Shown piece by piece: positions 18,868 to 29,067 of a DNA stretch of 64,000 nucleotides. The notes under the pieces are model-generated. The model worked only from the letters and a program-made list of their open reading frames with translations, was not told the origin of the DNA and ran no database searches. Each line of letters starts with the position of its first letter. The first letter of the stretch is position 1. Origin of the DNA: a virus (Duplodnaviria > Caudoviricetes); IMG/VR virus record IMGVR_UViG_3300042888_002988, positions 128,001-192,000 of that record, one strand, 5' to 3'. The translations under genes were made by a program, and so were the position numbers.

Positions 18868-19387
18868 TTTCGCCATACCCTACCTGATGGAGATCGAGCC
18901 GCGGCGTGTTGACGGCATGCTGGTGCCTCCCATGCGTCAGGACTTCAACCTGCCTGGGATCATGGTGCTGCAACCGCTGCCGCCGGAATACGATACGGTG
19001 ACCATGGAGCGCGCGCCTTACCTGACCATTCTTGACCTGTGGGCTCGGCAGGGCGACACCTTCCTGTCCCGGGACATTGCTCGTTTCCTGCAGCCGAACG
19101 GCACGCCGGTGGCTGTGCAGTCGGCCCGCATGCAGATACGCCTCGCTGGCGGTGCGGCCCTCTACGAGTGGACCACCGAGGGCGTCAGTCCGAATATGCT
19201 CATCGGAGAGTCGGACAACCTTCTCACGCTGCTGCAGGTTGCGCCGGAAGTCACGGACCTGTGGGTGGCCGGACAGCATCGCTACGATCTCGAAGTGACG
19301 TTCGTGGGCGGGCAAGTATTGACTCCTGTGGGCGGTGCTTTTACTGTAGCCGAGGACGTTACCAACGATGATCCACCGACCCCATGA
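18860..19387 (+). CDS. BppU-like / tail-fibre adaptor protein
   Basis: C-terminal YDLEVTF..G.V.T.V.G.FTVAEDVT pattern. Confidence 0.5.
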   Translation: MTDFAIPYLMEIEPRRVDGMLVPPMRQDFNLPGIMVLQPLPPEYDTVTMERAPYLTILDLWARQGDTFLSRDIARFLQPNGTPVAVQSARMQIRLAGGAALYEWTTEGVSPNMLIGESDNLLTLLQVAPEVTDLWVAGQHRYDLEVTFVGGQVLTPVGGAFTVAEDVTNDDPPTP

Positions 19388-20226
19388 GCGACCCTATCGA
19401 AGTCATTGTTCAGGTTCCACCGACAGGCCCTCCCAGCCCGCCGTTGCGGATCGGCATTGGCCCGCCCGGACCTCAAGGGATCCAGGGTGTCAAAGGGGAC
19501 AAAGGTGATACCGGTGACACGGGGTCACAGGGAGCCACCGGACTTCAAGGGATCCAGGGTGTCAAAGGGGACAAAGGTGATACCGGTGCGCAAGGAGCCA
19601 CCGGCCAGCAGGGTATACAGGGGGAACAAGGGCCAGCGCCTTGGACTTTTGTCGGAGCTTACGACAATGGGGCTGACTATGGCTTTAATGCGGCGGTAAC
19701 TTATCAAGGCGGTTTCTACTACAGAACAGGTAACCCAAACAATCCGGGATACCCGCCGACGCCTGGAGCAATCAATGCATCGTGGACGCCTGTTGCCGAC
19801 AGGGGCGAGCAAGGTGCCACTGGTGATGTAGGTCCGCAGGGAGTCAAAGGCGACACTGGCGACATCGGTCCGCAAGGCGCCACTGGCCCGCAGGGTTCCC
19901 AAGGTGACCAGGGTGTCCAAGGAGAGCAAGGTGTCCAAGGAGAACAAGGTATCCAAGGCGACCAAGGCGGTCAGGGTATCCAAGGTGACCAGGGTGCCCA
20001 AGGAGAGCAAGGTGTCCAAGGAGAACAAGGTATCCAAGGCGACCAAGGCGGTCAGGGTATCCAAGGTGACCAGGGCGTGGCTGGGCCAAACGAATTGACA
20101 CAGTATACTTCGAGCGACGGCACTGCTACCTTGCAAATAGATACGCTGGATGCTAATCAAATGACAATAGGCGGACGAGCCGTATCTACCAAGAATTTTA
20201 CCATCGCAATGGCTATCGCATTATGA
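19384..20226 (+). CDS. Collagen-like (Gly-X-Y) fibre protein
   Basis: Long GXY runs around a small globular insert; near-perfect 81-nt duplication 19903-19983/19984-20064. Confidence 0.9.
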   Translation: MSDPIEVIVQVPPTGPPSPPLRIGIGPPGPQGIQGVKGDKGDTGDTGSQGATGLQGIQGVKGDKGDTGAQGATGQQGIQGEQGPAPWTFVGAYDNGADYGFNAAVTYQGGFYYRTGNPNNPGYPPTPGAINASWTPVADRGEQGATGDVGPQGVKGDTGDIGPQGATGPQGSQGDQGVQGEQGVQGEQGIQGDQGGQGIQGDQGAQGEQGVQGEQGIQGDQGGQGIQGDQGVAGPNELTQYTSSDGTATLQIDTLDANQMTIGGRAVSTKNFTIAMAIAL

Positions 20227-20807
20227 AAACACTTTGCCAGACCTATAGTCTGAGCGGATCAGAGCTAACGCTAAGCGTGACTTTTCCGCTCAATCAAGAA
20301 TCGATCTTGCTGATCACTGATGTCGATAATAACGACATTCTCTACAATTTTGCAGATCCAACACGCGGCGGCGTTTTGGTAGGCAACCTCATGATCTTGA
20401 ATTACGTCGGATTGGCAACCGGCACTACACGTTTGCAGATTTACTTGGACGACGGAAATGCACCAGCTTCCGAAGCTGGACTTCAGTCGATCACGAATCT
20501 GTCGACCGACACAAACGCATTACTCAATTCGCTTTCTGAAGCACTTAACGTACTCCAGAGGATCGCCAAAAACTTAGAGTCTCTGCAAGTCGTCGATGCC
20601 AACCAACGCCAGCGGGTGACAGTCGATTCCATCGCCGGCAGCTTGACGCTAGGAACCGTCACGACAGTAAGCACAGTCACCGCAGTCTCCGGAGTCGGGA
20701 GCGTGACGTCATTGAACCAGCTAGGCGGTGTTCCGACCATCTTCCTTCAAACCGACGTAGCCCGACAAGCCTTTGCCACTGGTATCCGCCGAAATCTAAC
20801 CTTCTAA
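20223..20807 (+). CDS. Tail-fibre-associated hypothetical protein
   Basis: ATGA coupling; Thr/Ser/Val beta-rich C-terminus. Confidence 0.6.
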   Translation: MKTLCQTYSLSGSELTLSVTFPLNQESILLITDVDNNDILYNFADPTRGGVLVGNLMILNYVGLATGTTRLQIYLDDGNAPASEAGLQSITNLSTDTNALLNSLSEALNVLQRIAKNLESLQVVDANQRQRVTVDSIAGSLTLGTVTTVSTVTAVSGVGSVTSLNQLGGVPTIFLQTDVARQAFATGIRRNLTF

Positions 20808-20813
20808 TAGAAC

Positions 20814-23669
20814 ATGTCATACACAAGCAATCTCAAAAAAGTAGTGGATCTTCCGGTCTGGGAGTGGATGCGCGTCGCTCCTGCCACAACCTCGGCGCTG
20901 ACCTGCCTCACCGCTGCAAACACCCTCAACAACCGTTATCTGTACTACCTGGCGACCAACACACTGTTTCGTTACGACACGCACACAGACTGCTGGCAAC
21001 AACTCGCAAGCTCGATCAACGTCAACATTACATTGATCGAGGCTGGCTACACGTCGGCCATGGGTCACCCGGGTCGCGCGATCGCAGGCGGTGCTTCGAC
21101 GATCACCTTGGCTGGACTTGGTGGTAACGCTCTCGTCGGTCAAAAAATTCGCATTACCGGCGGGACGGGCGCGGGACAAGAGCGGACTATCACAGCTGTC
21201 AGCGCGCCGACCATCCACGATCGCGGTATCGTCGTTGGTTCGTCGACATCCAGCATCATCGATTCCTCATCAGGTATCCTCACCAAGACCTGGCGTCCTA
21301 ACAAGTGGCGTGATTATCAAGTGCGCGTGTTCTTCGGTACGTTTTCCGGGTTGGTGCGTCCCATCCTACAAAACTCAGGAACGACCCTATTCTTCTCTGA
21401 CGCCGGCACGAATGTCATCAACGTGTGGAACGCGCCGACCGCATCAGGCACAGTCCCAGTGAACTCATTTTACCAGATCGAGTCCCACGTCGCAACGGTC
21501 GATTCGCCGTGGGACGTGCAACCTGACAGCACGTCTACGTTCATGATCATGTCTGGCGGGCTGTGGTCGATATCAAGCAATGCCGGCGGATTCTGCATCC
21601 ATTACTACGACGTGCTCGGTGATTACTGGTATCAGAAATCAAACGTCACTGGCCATCTGGGAGCCATCGGAACGGCGATTGCGTTCGAGCGTTTTACTGA
21701 ATCTGGAGGGGCAATTCTGACCGGCCTATCTGCCACTTCAGCTGCCGCAAGAACTCTAACCAATTCGTTAGCGAATATGGGGGTCAACCGTTACGCGAAC
21801 ATGGAGATCCGCATCACCAGCGGCATCGCAAAAGGACAGATCAAAACCATTCTGGCCAACTCACCCACCACATTCTACTTTGCCAGCCCTTTCAACGTGA
21901 CACCCAACGCGGACGACACCTACGAGGTGTGGCGTGACTGTGGAAAGCTACTCGTGGCTGGTATGGCTGGCGCGCCAATTCAAATGTATACTGCCGGCGA
22001 GGATCTCTGGGCGTCCGGTCGAATCTTTGATGTAGGTATTAGTCGCCCGGCGACTGTCACAGGCGCTGGGTTTGCTCCTATGGGTGTGGTCAGTATCACG
22101 AGGACCTCGAATTTGTATGGCGCAACCGCCATCAATCCTATTCCGTCCTCTGGCGGTACCGGTTATCAAGTCGGGCAAATGCTCACGCTCGGAACTCCGT
22201 CTGGAGGTGTCGGGGCCTCTGCGGTGATCACGGATGTTAGCTCCACCGGAGCGGTCACCGGCGTGGCACTCGTCGCGCCTGGCGCTCCTGCCGTCAACGG
22301 ATACATTACCGGTAATAGATCTACAACGGTGACGCCCGTCGGAGGCACCGGCTGTATCGTCAACGTCACGGCCGTCGGAGAAATTGCGACAGTGACATTA
22401 TCATCGAACGCGCCTTTTAAGCTTGGTGATTCTGTTACCATCGCCGGCGCAGTCCAATCGGACTATAACGGCTCGAAATCGATCATTGGTATACCGACTG
22501 CCACGACTTTCAACTTCTCGCTGGGAGTGGCCGCCCCAGTTACGCCAGCAACTTTCACCGCAATACAGTCCACTACGACCGTCGCAGACATTGCCAAGAA
22601 CTGGATTCCAAACGAGCACGTCGGTAAAATTCTGACACTCACGTCAACTGTCGGTCAAACCGTAGCGGCCACGCACCGTGTGATTGCGTCCAACACGTCA
22701 AATACGATCACAGTCGTCGGAACCAACTTCACACCAACAGTCGGTGTGTCGCAGTATTTGATTCAGGACATACGTTGCTTCGGTACTGAAATGTCGGTCG
22801 GCGCTCGCACCGGCGGCGGACGTTCGGGATTTGCCAGCGGCGGTTCCACCTCCACGCTTGTCGACGCGTCCAAAAATTGGCCACCAGCTTACTGGATTGG
22901 ACGCAAGGTCCAAATCGTCGCCGGAACCGGTATAGGTGCTATTCTGACAATCACTGCAAACTCCGCCACGACGCTGACCTACGCGACGCAGACGTTCACC
23001 CCTGACGCAACCACAGTTTACCAAATTCACGACTGCTTCGGAGTGGCGACCGGCGGATCAGGCACGACGCTGGTCGACACCACCCAGAACTGGGGCACCA
23101 ACATCCACGTCGGCAAGCAGGTCAAATACACTATTGCTGCTACCGGTGCGTGGGTATACGCTACCGTGACTTCAAACACATCGAACACGCTGACGTTTGC
23201 GACCGCAACAGCGCCTGATGCGACATCCGCGTATTCGATCCTAGAGTCTCAACTAATGGGCGCTGGTATTCACATGGACTGCGTTACCGGGTGCTCCGAT
23301 CCTAGCATCAACAATCGCTACCTTTACAAGTGGACCGGAGGAGGTTCTGCTCAGCTCACGCGCTATGACTTCACGACTGAGCAATTTGAGACATTGGTTT
23401 ATTTCCCTCAAGGTGAGACGCTAAACGCAGGGTCGATGTTTGCCTACGACGGAGTAGATCGTATCTACTTCACCAAGGACATCTCTGGGCGTGTGTTCTA
23501 CTACGACGTGGTTAAGAACCTCGTCGTGCCGTTCGGAGTCATTCCATACGGCATGGGAGTTGCCGTCATTGGTAACCGCATGGAAGTCATTGAGTCGCCT
23601 GACGGGGTGAGGTTCCTCTACATCATGCGTCACACCGGCGTTGAGATGTGGCGCGCCTTGATACCGTGA
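20814..23669 (+). CDS. Tail fibre / receptor-binding protein
   Basis: 951 aa, Thr/Gly-rich, repeated GTG.GQ.R.I..N motifs; termini look beta-propeller-like. Confidence 0.7.
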   Translation: MSYTSNLKKVVDLPVWEWMRVAPATTSALTCLTAANTLNNRYLYYLATNTLFRYDTHTDCWQQLASSINVNITLIEAGYTSAMGHPGRAIAGGASTITLAGLGGNALVGQKIRITGGTGAGQERTITAVSAPTIHDRGIVVGSSTSSIIDSSSGILTKTWRPNKWRDYQVRVFFGTFSGLVRPILQNSGTTLFFSDAGTNVINVWNAPTASGTVPVNSFYQIESHVATVDSPWDVQPDSTSTFMIMSGGLWSISSNAGGFCIHYYDVLGDYWYQKSNVTGHLGAIGTAIAFERFTESGGAILTGLSATSAAARTLTNSLANMGVNRYANMEIRITSGIAKGQIKTILANSPTTFYFASPFNVTPNADDTYEVWRDCGKLLVAGMAGAPIQMYTAGEDLWASGRIFDVGISRPATVTGAGFAPMGVVSITRTSNLYGATAINPIPSSGGTGYQVGQMLTLGTPSGGVGASAVITDVSSTGAVTGVALVAPGAPAVNGYITGNRSTTVTPVGGTGCIVNVTAVGEIATVTLSSNAPFKLGDSVTIAGAVQSDYNGSKSIIGIPTATTFNFSLGVAAPVTPATFTAIQSTTTVADIAKNWIPNEHVGKILTLTSTVGQTVAATHRVIASNTSNTITVVGTNFTPTVGVSQYLIQDIRCFGTEMSVGARTGGGRSGFASGGSTSTLVDASKNWPPAYWIGRKVQIVAGTGIGAILTITANSATTLTYATQTFTPDATTVYQIHDCFGVATGGSGTTLVDTTQNWGTNIHVGKQVKYTIAATGAWVYATVTSNTSNTLTFATATAPDATSAYSILESQLMGAGIHMDCVTGCSDPSINNRYLYKWTGGGSAQLTRYDFTTEQFETLVYFPQGETLNAGSMFAYDGVDRIYFTKDISGRVFYYDVVKNLVVPFGVIPYGMGVAVIGNRMEVIESPDGVRFLYIMRHTGVEMWRALIP

Positions 23670-23708
23670 CAACCCACTCCTACGAACCGCATACGATAGA
23701 TCAAAATT

Positions 23709-24038
23709 ATGGCTGAAATACTCATCCCAGAAGTAAAGGAAACGCCGCCTTCGGCAGCGCGCGTGGCTGCCGTAGACCTCCTGAAAGACCGGCGCGAGCT
23801 GGCCGTAGCGATTGTCGAAGGGCAGCGACGCCTTTTCGACCGCCTGTGGAAGTCACCGGATGCCACGCCCGAGGACATCCTCCGTGAGCTTGGCACTGAC
23901 GCCTCGGCGTTCTTCACAGAGGGAGGACTGCTCGTGGAGTTTCTGATGGCGACAAAGACGGTCCGGATGTCTGAGGCCGAATACGCCCCGCCAGTGGCTT
24001 ACACCGCGCACGACGACGGGACGGTGACGTTGAATTAG
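23709..24038 (+). CDS. Small tail-fibre-associated protein
   Basis: 109-aa ORF after the fibre gene, convergent with the next gene. Confidence 0.55.
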   Translation: MAEILIPEVKETPPSAARVAAVDLLKDRRELAVAIVEGQRRLFDRLWKSPDATPEDILRELGTDASAFFTEGGLLVEFLMATKTVRMSEAEYAPPVAYTAHDDGTVTLN

Positions 24039-24040
24039 TA

Positions 24041-26506
24041 TCAGCTGACCACGACCGTCACGTCTGGCTCTTGGCCGTAGAACGTCGAAATTGCCGGCAG
24101 CAGCCTCACCGCTGGCGACATGAGCTTGTCTCCTTCAATCGCTACCAGCGTGCCCATGTCGCGCGCCTCGTGCACGATACCGTCATGGTCGCGCTGCAGG
24201 TCACGCAGATCGATGTGGAGATCCTGCCCGTCGATGAGAGTGATGCGGCGGCCGGCCATCTCGTAGGGGATCTGCGCCAGGAGCTGCTCGAGCGCCGTGG
24301 GGGTCTGCTGCGAAATCGTCCAGTCGGTGAGTCCGCACACGTTTTCGATCAACCAGCGACCTTCCCGCAGTAATGAGCGGTGATGCGTCATCGCTGGGAT
24401 CTCACGGAAGGCGTCGCCGCCGGTGCTGAGGCACCAGTCGACCACGCGGCGCAGACAGAACTGAGCTGCTCGTCCGCCGGCCTCCGCTTGGATGGGATCT
24501 GGGTGCGTCGTGAAGCTGTAGCCGCTGTCGGTGAGATGCAGGAACGGCGTCTGGGATCCCACCGGCATGGCGTTCCTGGGGCCGGCGGCGAGCAGCGGAT
24601 AGCCGCAGACCCCTTCCACCCGGCTGCCGTCGCGGGCGTTGGCATTGAGCGCGTGGATCTCCTGCTGGCCCAGCGCTGTGCTGATACGGTCCAGCACCGT
24701 CATGGCCGCCGAACTTTGAGCGATCAGGATCGGTTGCGTCACGCACCGGCGGAAGTAGCGCACGCTGGAAGCCACCAGCATGGCGATCAAGTCGTGGCAC
24801 GATGCGTCCAGGTCCGGCGGGCAGCTGTCCGCCCAGGATTTCATGTCGATCGCCTTGTAGCGCGACAGCACCGGCACCGACGGGCACAGGATCTGGCTGG
24901 TGACCTCTGTGCCGTCCATGGTAGCCACGAAGCCGGGGAACGTGAAGGACTTGCGGTTCTCGCTCCAGCCGAGGATGTCGACGCCGCGCACGGGCCGAGC
25001 CTCGGCCGCCTGCTTCCTCAGGTATGGAATGATGTATTGCCGGAACTTGGTGACTTCGACCACCATCGGTATGCGGCCGGCGGTGGAGACTAGGTCGGCT
25101 ACGGTGATCTGCCGCTGCAGCTCCCCTTCCAGCGCCGACACGCGGTCGTTGAGCATGTTCTGCGGGAAGATGACCTCCATCACCGCCCGGCCGCACTGCA
25201 GCGTCGCCTGGCAATAACGATCGGCCTTGTGGTTCCGGAAGGTGACGTTGGACGTGATGCGGATCGTGAAGTTGGACAGCGACAAGCTGTCCGATCCGCG
25301 GACAACTCGATAATCGTCCGCCGTCTCCTTCACGGTCATGAAGCGTTCTGTGAGAATGTTCCTGTTGCGGGACAGGCGCTCGATGTCCTCCGCGAGCGCG
25401 ATTCGACCTCGCTTCTGGAACCTGGCGATCAGAGCGACAGCATCCTCGTGTCTGGTGCCGGTCTGCTCGAAAATGCTGGCCGCCGCCGGTGGCATCTGCG
25501 TCGCGCTCGGCGGAATCATTTTGGCGATCATCGCGTAGCGCATGGCCGCCCAGGACGGGGCATCCTGACGCGGACTGAGCTGCATGATGTGCTCGATGGG
25601 AAAACACTGCACGCTGCGCTCCAGCCCTGGGAACTGGTCGAGGGCGTGCTGGATGCGTACGATGTCGTCCGGCCCGAAGTATGACGGGTTGGCGTGCAGG
25701 TCGCAGTGGCGAGGGACGGCGGTCAGGAGGTGCTCCTGGACTTCCCATCGCGGGCAGGTGCCGCCGTTGTAGAGATCGAGGTGAATGCTGGCAACCTCCT
25801 CAGGTTTCCCCACTGACGCCAGGTCGTGCTGCATCTTCAGTGCGACATCCATGCCGGCCGCCATGATCCGAGGCTGCCCAGGCCGCAGCCCCAGTAGGGA
25901 GCACACGCCTGCCGCGTAAGCCCGCCAAACGATCTCCTCGCAGCGTCCACTGGCGTTCATCAGAATGATGCGGTCGATGGTGTGCGGGATCGTCTGCACG
26001 CAGAACGCCCGGGAAGCCCCAGGCGGATTTTTTACCCACGTGTCCGGGATCACCGCTCCCGTCGACATCGCCACGGTCACCAGTTCCTTCACCTGCTGGG
26101 AGTCGAGGACGATGGCCCCGAACCGGCTGTGGCGGATGCCGAACCCCTGCCGGTCCAGTCTGCCGACGATTTGCAGGGCCTCGTTGGTGGGCGGAGTAGT
26201 GCAGAACCTCACCCACGTATTCAGCACGAGGCGCTCCGCCGATCGCATGTGCGCCCTGGCCATATCGGGCACGCGCTTGTAGCGGGTCGCGAGCGCCTGG
26301 GCGGCCAGTAGGTGATTCCCGTAATGCTGGGCCAGCAGGTCATCCGATGAGGCTGCTTGGATCCGGCAGGTGGGGTTGAGGCACTGCAGGAATTCGCGGG
26401 AGGCCCAGGCGTCCTCGTGGCACCACGGGCAAATGAGCTTGTGCGTCCAGTCGTTGAGAGAGGATACCGGGATGCCGAGCAGGTCTATGGCGGTGAGGAT
26501 TCGCAC
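24041..26506 (-). CDS. Large hypothetical protein with N-terminal Zn finger
   Basis: 821 aa; CPWC...CLNPTC; GW....F.FPG segment weakly recalls DUF927-like domains. Confidence 0.6.
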   Translation of the reverse strand: MRILTAIDLLGIPVSSLNDWTHKLICPWCHEDAWASREFLQCLNPTCRIQAASSDDLLAQHYGNHLLAAQALATRYKRVPDMARAHMRSAERLVLNTWVRFCTTPPTNEALQIVGRLDRQGFGIRHSRFGAIVLDSQQVKELVTVAMSTGAVIPDTWVKNPPGASRAFCVQTIPHTIDRIILMNASGRCEEIVWRAYAAGVCSLLGLRPGQPRIMAAGMDVALKMQHDLASVGKPEEVASIHLDLYNGGTCPRWEVQEHLLTAVPRHCDLHANPSYFGPDDIVRIQHALDQFPGLERSVQCFPIEHIMQLSPRQDAPSWAAMRYAMIAKMIPPSATQMPPAAASIFEQTGTRHEDAVALIARFQKRGRIALAEDIERLSRNRNILTERFMTVKETADDYRVVRGSDSLSLSNFTIRITSNVTFRNHKADRYCQATLQCGRAVMEVIFPQNMLNDRVSALEGELQRQITVADLVSTAGRIPMVVEVTKFRQYIIPYLRKQAAEARPVRGVDILGWSENRKSFTFPGFVATMDGTEVTSQILCPSVPVLSRYKAIDMKSWADSCPPDLDASCHDLIAMLVASSVRYFRRCVTQPILIAQSSAAMTVLDRISTALGQQEIHALNANARDGSRVEGVCGYPLLAAGPRNAMPVGSQTPFLHLTDSGYSFTTHPDPIQAEAGGRAAQFCLRRVVDWCLSTGGDAFREIPAMTHHRSLLREGRWLIENVCGLTDWTISQQTPTALEQLLAQIPYEMAGRRITLIDGQDLHIDLRDLQRDHDGIVHEARDMGTLVAIEGDKLMSPAVRLLPAISTFYGQEPDVTVVVS

Positions 26507-26614
26507 TGGCGGGAGATTATCGCGATTTATTTAGGGAAGTCCACGCTAGGATTTGCGCTTTCAAAAATTGAAAGTAGGGGTTAAGGTGCGGCGAGCATCT
26601 ACGGTGACACGGCC

Positions 26615-27682
26615 ATGACACAAGATTATACCACAATCAACAATCCCCGCTTCCTATTTCGTGCAGAGATGCACCAGCCATTTCCGGACTGGGTTGTCTC
26701 GCAAGCCATGCCTGAAGCGGGGGAGTTCACGAAGAAGGCAGCATCCGCTTTTGCCGATCCGAAACGACGACTGCTGCCGATCTGTTCGAAGTCCGCTGCG
26801 TTCCATTCCGCCATCAACATCTTCGCCAAGCCTGACGACTATGATGAGGCCACGCTTGAGCGCGTCAAGGAAGCCTGCGCGTTCTACGGCATCGAGCAGG
26901 AGATCCTGCCGTATGCCGAACTGTTCAGCGAGGAGTTCTCCAAGTCCGCATCGCTGCAGGAACTCGCCGAGGGGCGATACGCCATCCACGATGTGATCAA
27001 CGGCGAAGAATTCAAAATGCTTCCCCTCAATGACTCGGACGACGTGCTGAGCTCTGCTTTCGATCTGGCCAAGATGGCGTCCGACAATCGCATCCACCTT
27101 CTGATGTTCGTGCCGGCCGCGCGCGAAATCATCAAGGCCGCCGCTGACTTCAACCTGGAGCTGCGGTTGCCTGCCCTTATCACGCGCTTCGGCGTGGAGC
27201 GATTCGCTGATGCTGAAAGTGCCGCGAAAAAAATTCAAGGCCGTGAGGATCTGTGCAAGAACGCCGCCATCCGCGCCCGCTTGGCAGCCGACTATCAGGA
27301 AGCCATCGCCAACGTGGAAGCCGATCCGGAAGATGCGATGGCCAAGATCGCCGCGATCGATCACGCCGCCGGCCTCGAGCCCAGTTACCGGCTGTCGTCG
27401 CTGGTGCCGAACCCGTTCGACATCGTCTTCGGCGGTGCGCTGGTCGCGGACGCCGAGAAGGCCGCGCAGGAGAATGTCATGGTGCGGGAGGTATTGATAC
27501 CGCTCGAGGCTGTGCAGAAGATCACGCCGCTGGACGCCGGCTACCGCCTGAGCAAGTCCGCAGCGGAGACGCTTACCAAGCTGCGTGACACGCAGGATGC
27601 CCGGGACCTTAGTCTCGCGATCGAGCATTGGTCGGAACGTGACCAACGCACCCTCCTCCGCCTGGCAGTCGACGCAGCCTAA
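26615..27682 (+). CDS. Hypothetical protein
   Basis: 355-aa ORF with typical codon usage. Confidence 0.65.
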   Translation: MTQDYTTINNPRFLFRAEMHQPFPDWVVSQAMPEAGEFTKKAASAFADPKRRLLPICSKSAAFHSAINIFAKPDDYDEATLERVKEACAFYGIEQEILPYAELFSEEFSKSASLQELAEGRYAIHDVINGEEFKMLPLNDSDDVLSSAFDLAKMASDNRIHLLMFVPAAREIIKAAADFNLELRLPALITRFGVERFADAESAAKKIQGREDLCKNAAIRARLAADYQEAIANVEADPEDAMAKIAAIDHAAGLEPSYRLSSLVPNPFDIVFGGALVADAEKAAQENVMVREVLIPLEAVQKITPLDAGYRLSKSAAETLTKLRDTQDARDLSLAIEHWSERDQRTLLRLAVDAA

Positions 27683-27697
27683 GCCTATTACCCAGAC

Positions 27698-28330
27698 ATG
27701 AGTATCGATGCGAGGGCACGAATTCCACTCAACGAGGGCGCCATCCGTAAGGCGCTCGGGGACTCGGACACGCCTGGGCTGGTCTTATTCACTATCGCGC
27801 TCTACGAGTTCGGACCGTCCGTAATGGGCGATGAGGACGAGGGCGTGGAGGCAATGGATCCAGCCGAGATGTGGGCCGAGCTGCACTCCCGCTACAACAC
27901 CTGGGTCACCGAGGAGGGCGAGAACAAACTCAACGCCATCGTCACCGGACTTACCGGCGGCAGCTTCTGGTATGACGTGGACATCTTCATGGCCGTCGCG
28001 ACCGCGTTGTTCGACGGCGATCTGGGCGACATGATCGACACCGGCTTCGAAAACCTCAGCGCCACCGAGATCATGTGGGCGGTGCTGGAGATGGGGCTTG
28101 CTTGGGACTCGGACGAGGAGCCGCAGTTCTCCCTAGACGTGCGCCAGTATGTCAACGAGGTGCTGTCCTACGAGCAGGAGGATCAGGATCAGAACGCCGT
28201 CGAGATTGAGAAGGTGTATCTGCTCATGCTGGATCAGATGCGCGAACTCGGAATCCCGGGGTCGTTCATCCGGGTGTGGGATGAGGAGTATGCGCAGGTC
28301 GTGGCGAACCTGGAAGACGGACGCCTGTGA
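27698..28330 (+). CDS. Acidic hypothetical protein
   Basis: 210 aa, D/E-rich. Confidence 0.65.
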   Translation: MSIDARARIPLNEGAIRKALGDSDTPGLVLFTIALYEFGPSVMGDEDEGVEAMDPAEMWAELHSRYNTWVTEEGENKLNAIVTGLTGGSFWYDVDIFMAVATALFDGDLGDMIDTGFENLSATEIMWAVLEMGLAWDSDEEPQFSLDVRQYVNEVLSYEQEDQDQNAVEIEKVYLLMLDQMRELGIPGSFIRVWDEEYAQVVANLEDGRL

Positions 28331-28357
28331 TGGGCGTGCAATTCTCAACGCTTCCGC

Positions 28358-28374
28358 GTCATAATGATTTGCTA
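28358..28374 (+). promoter_or_regulatory. Conserved promoter element, copy 1 (gtcataatgatttgcta)
   Basis: Identical 17-mer at 30452-30468; contains CATAAT, with gtgcaa 18 nt upstream. Confidence 0.6.
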
Positions 28375-28514
28375 AGGCCGTTCGTAATGCATTACGAGCT
28401 CACTCTACTTAGCACCGCGGCCAACTGCCAATGACGAATAATCACACCCCCGTGTTCTAATTTGTCTACGGCAGTTGGTCGCAACATCTATCGACTGTTT
28501 ACAAAATTTTTACC

Positions 28515-29054
28515 ATGCCCGACTGCACGTCACTTCACATTCACATCCTTCCCGAGGACGCCGCCTACTTCGAAGGTCTCACCAGCACTTCGGCGACCAG
28601 CACCAGGTTCCCTGGGCTGCTGGACATCGAATGCGAAGAGCTGGTGCCGGCGGATCTCAACGACTACTGCAAGCGGCCGTTCTTCGGTATGCACGGCAAC
28701 TACTCCGGCAGCTACCACGCGCAGTCGCTCTGCTGTCCAGGCAAGGGATCGGTGTTCACGCACGCCTGCGACGACAACGGCGCGCTCAGCATGTATGCCA
28801 CGGACCCGTGGTCCATCAGCAATGCGCCGCTGCAGATCGCGTCGTTCACGATGCAGTATCTGACGGTGGCCAGGCAGCTCGTCGCCGATATGCTGGACAA
28901 AGCTGCGAAGGCCATGGAAGTCAAGCTCAAGGAGCTCGAGTCCGCGACCGACACTCCGGAGTCTATCGCCGGCCGAGCCGCGAAGCTGTCCGGCGGCAAG
29001 ACCGCCAAGAAGGCGCCAGCGAAAAAGGCTGGACGCAAACCCAAGAAGGGTTAA
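28515..29054 (+). CDS. Hypothetical protein with Lys-rich C-terminal tail
   Basis: 179 aa ending KTAKKAPAKKAGRKPKKG. Confidence 0.65.
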   Translation: MPDCTSLHIHILPEDAAYFEGLTSTSATSTRFPGLLDIECEELVPADLNDYCKRPFFGMHGNYSGSYHAQSLCCPGKGSVFTHACDDNGALSMYATDPWSISNAPLQIASFTMQYLTVARQLVADMLDKAAKAMEVKLKELESATDTPESIAGRAAKLSGGKTAKKAPAKKAGRKPKKG

Positions 29055-29067
29055 GGTCAAATTTTCA

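Noticed and set aside
24402-25748. 448-aa and other long ORFs overlapping real genes (also e.g. 56554-57684, 49818-51017, 26654-27646, 43512-44600)
   Set aside because: Antisense or alternative-frame shadows typical of high-GC coding DNA, with no protein motifs
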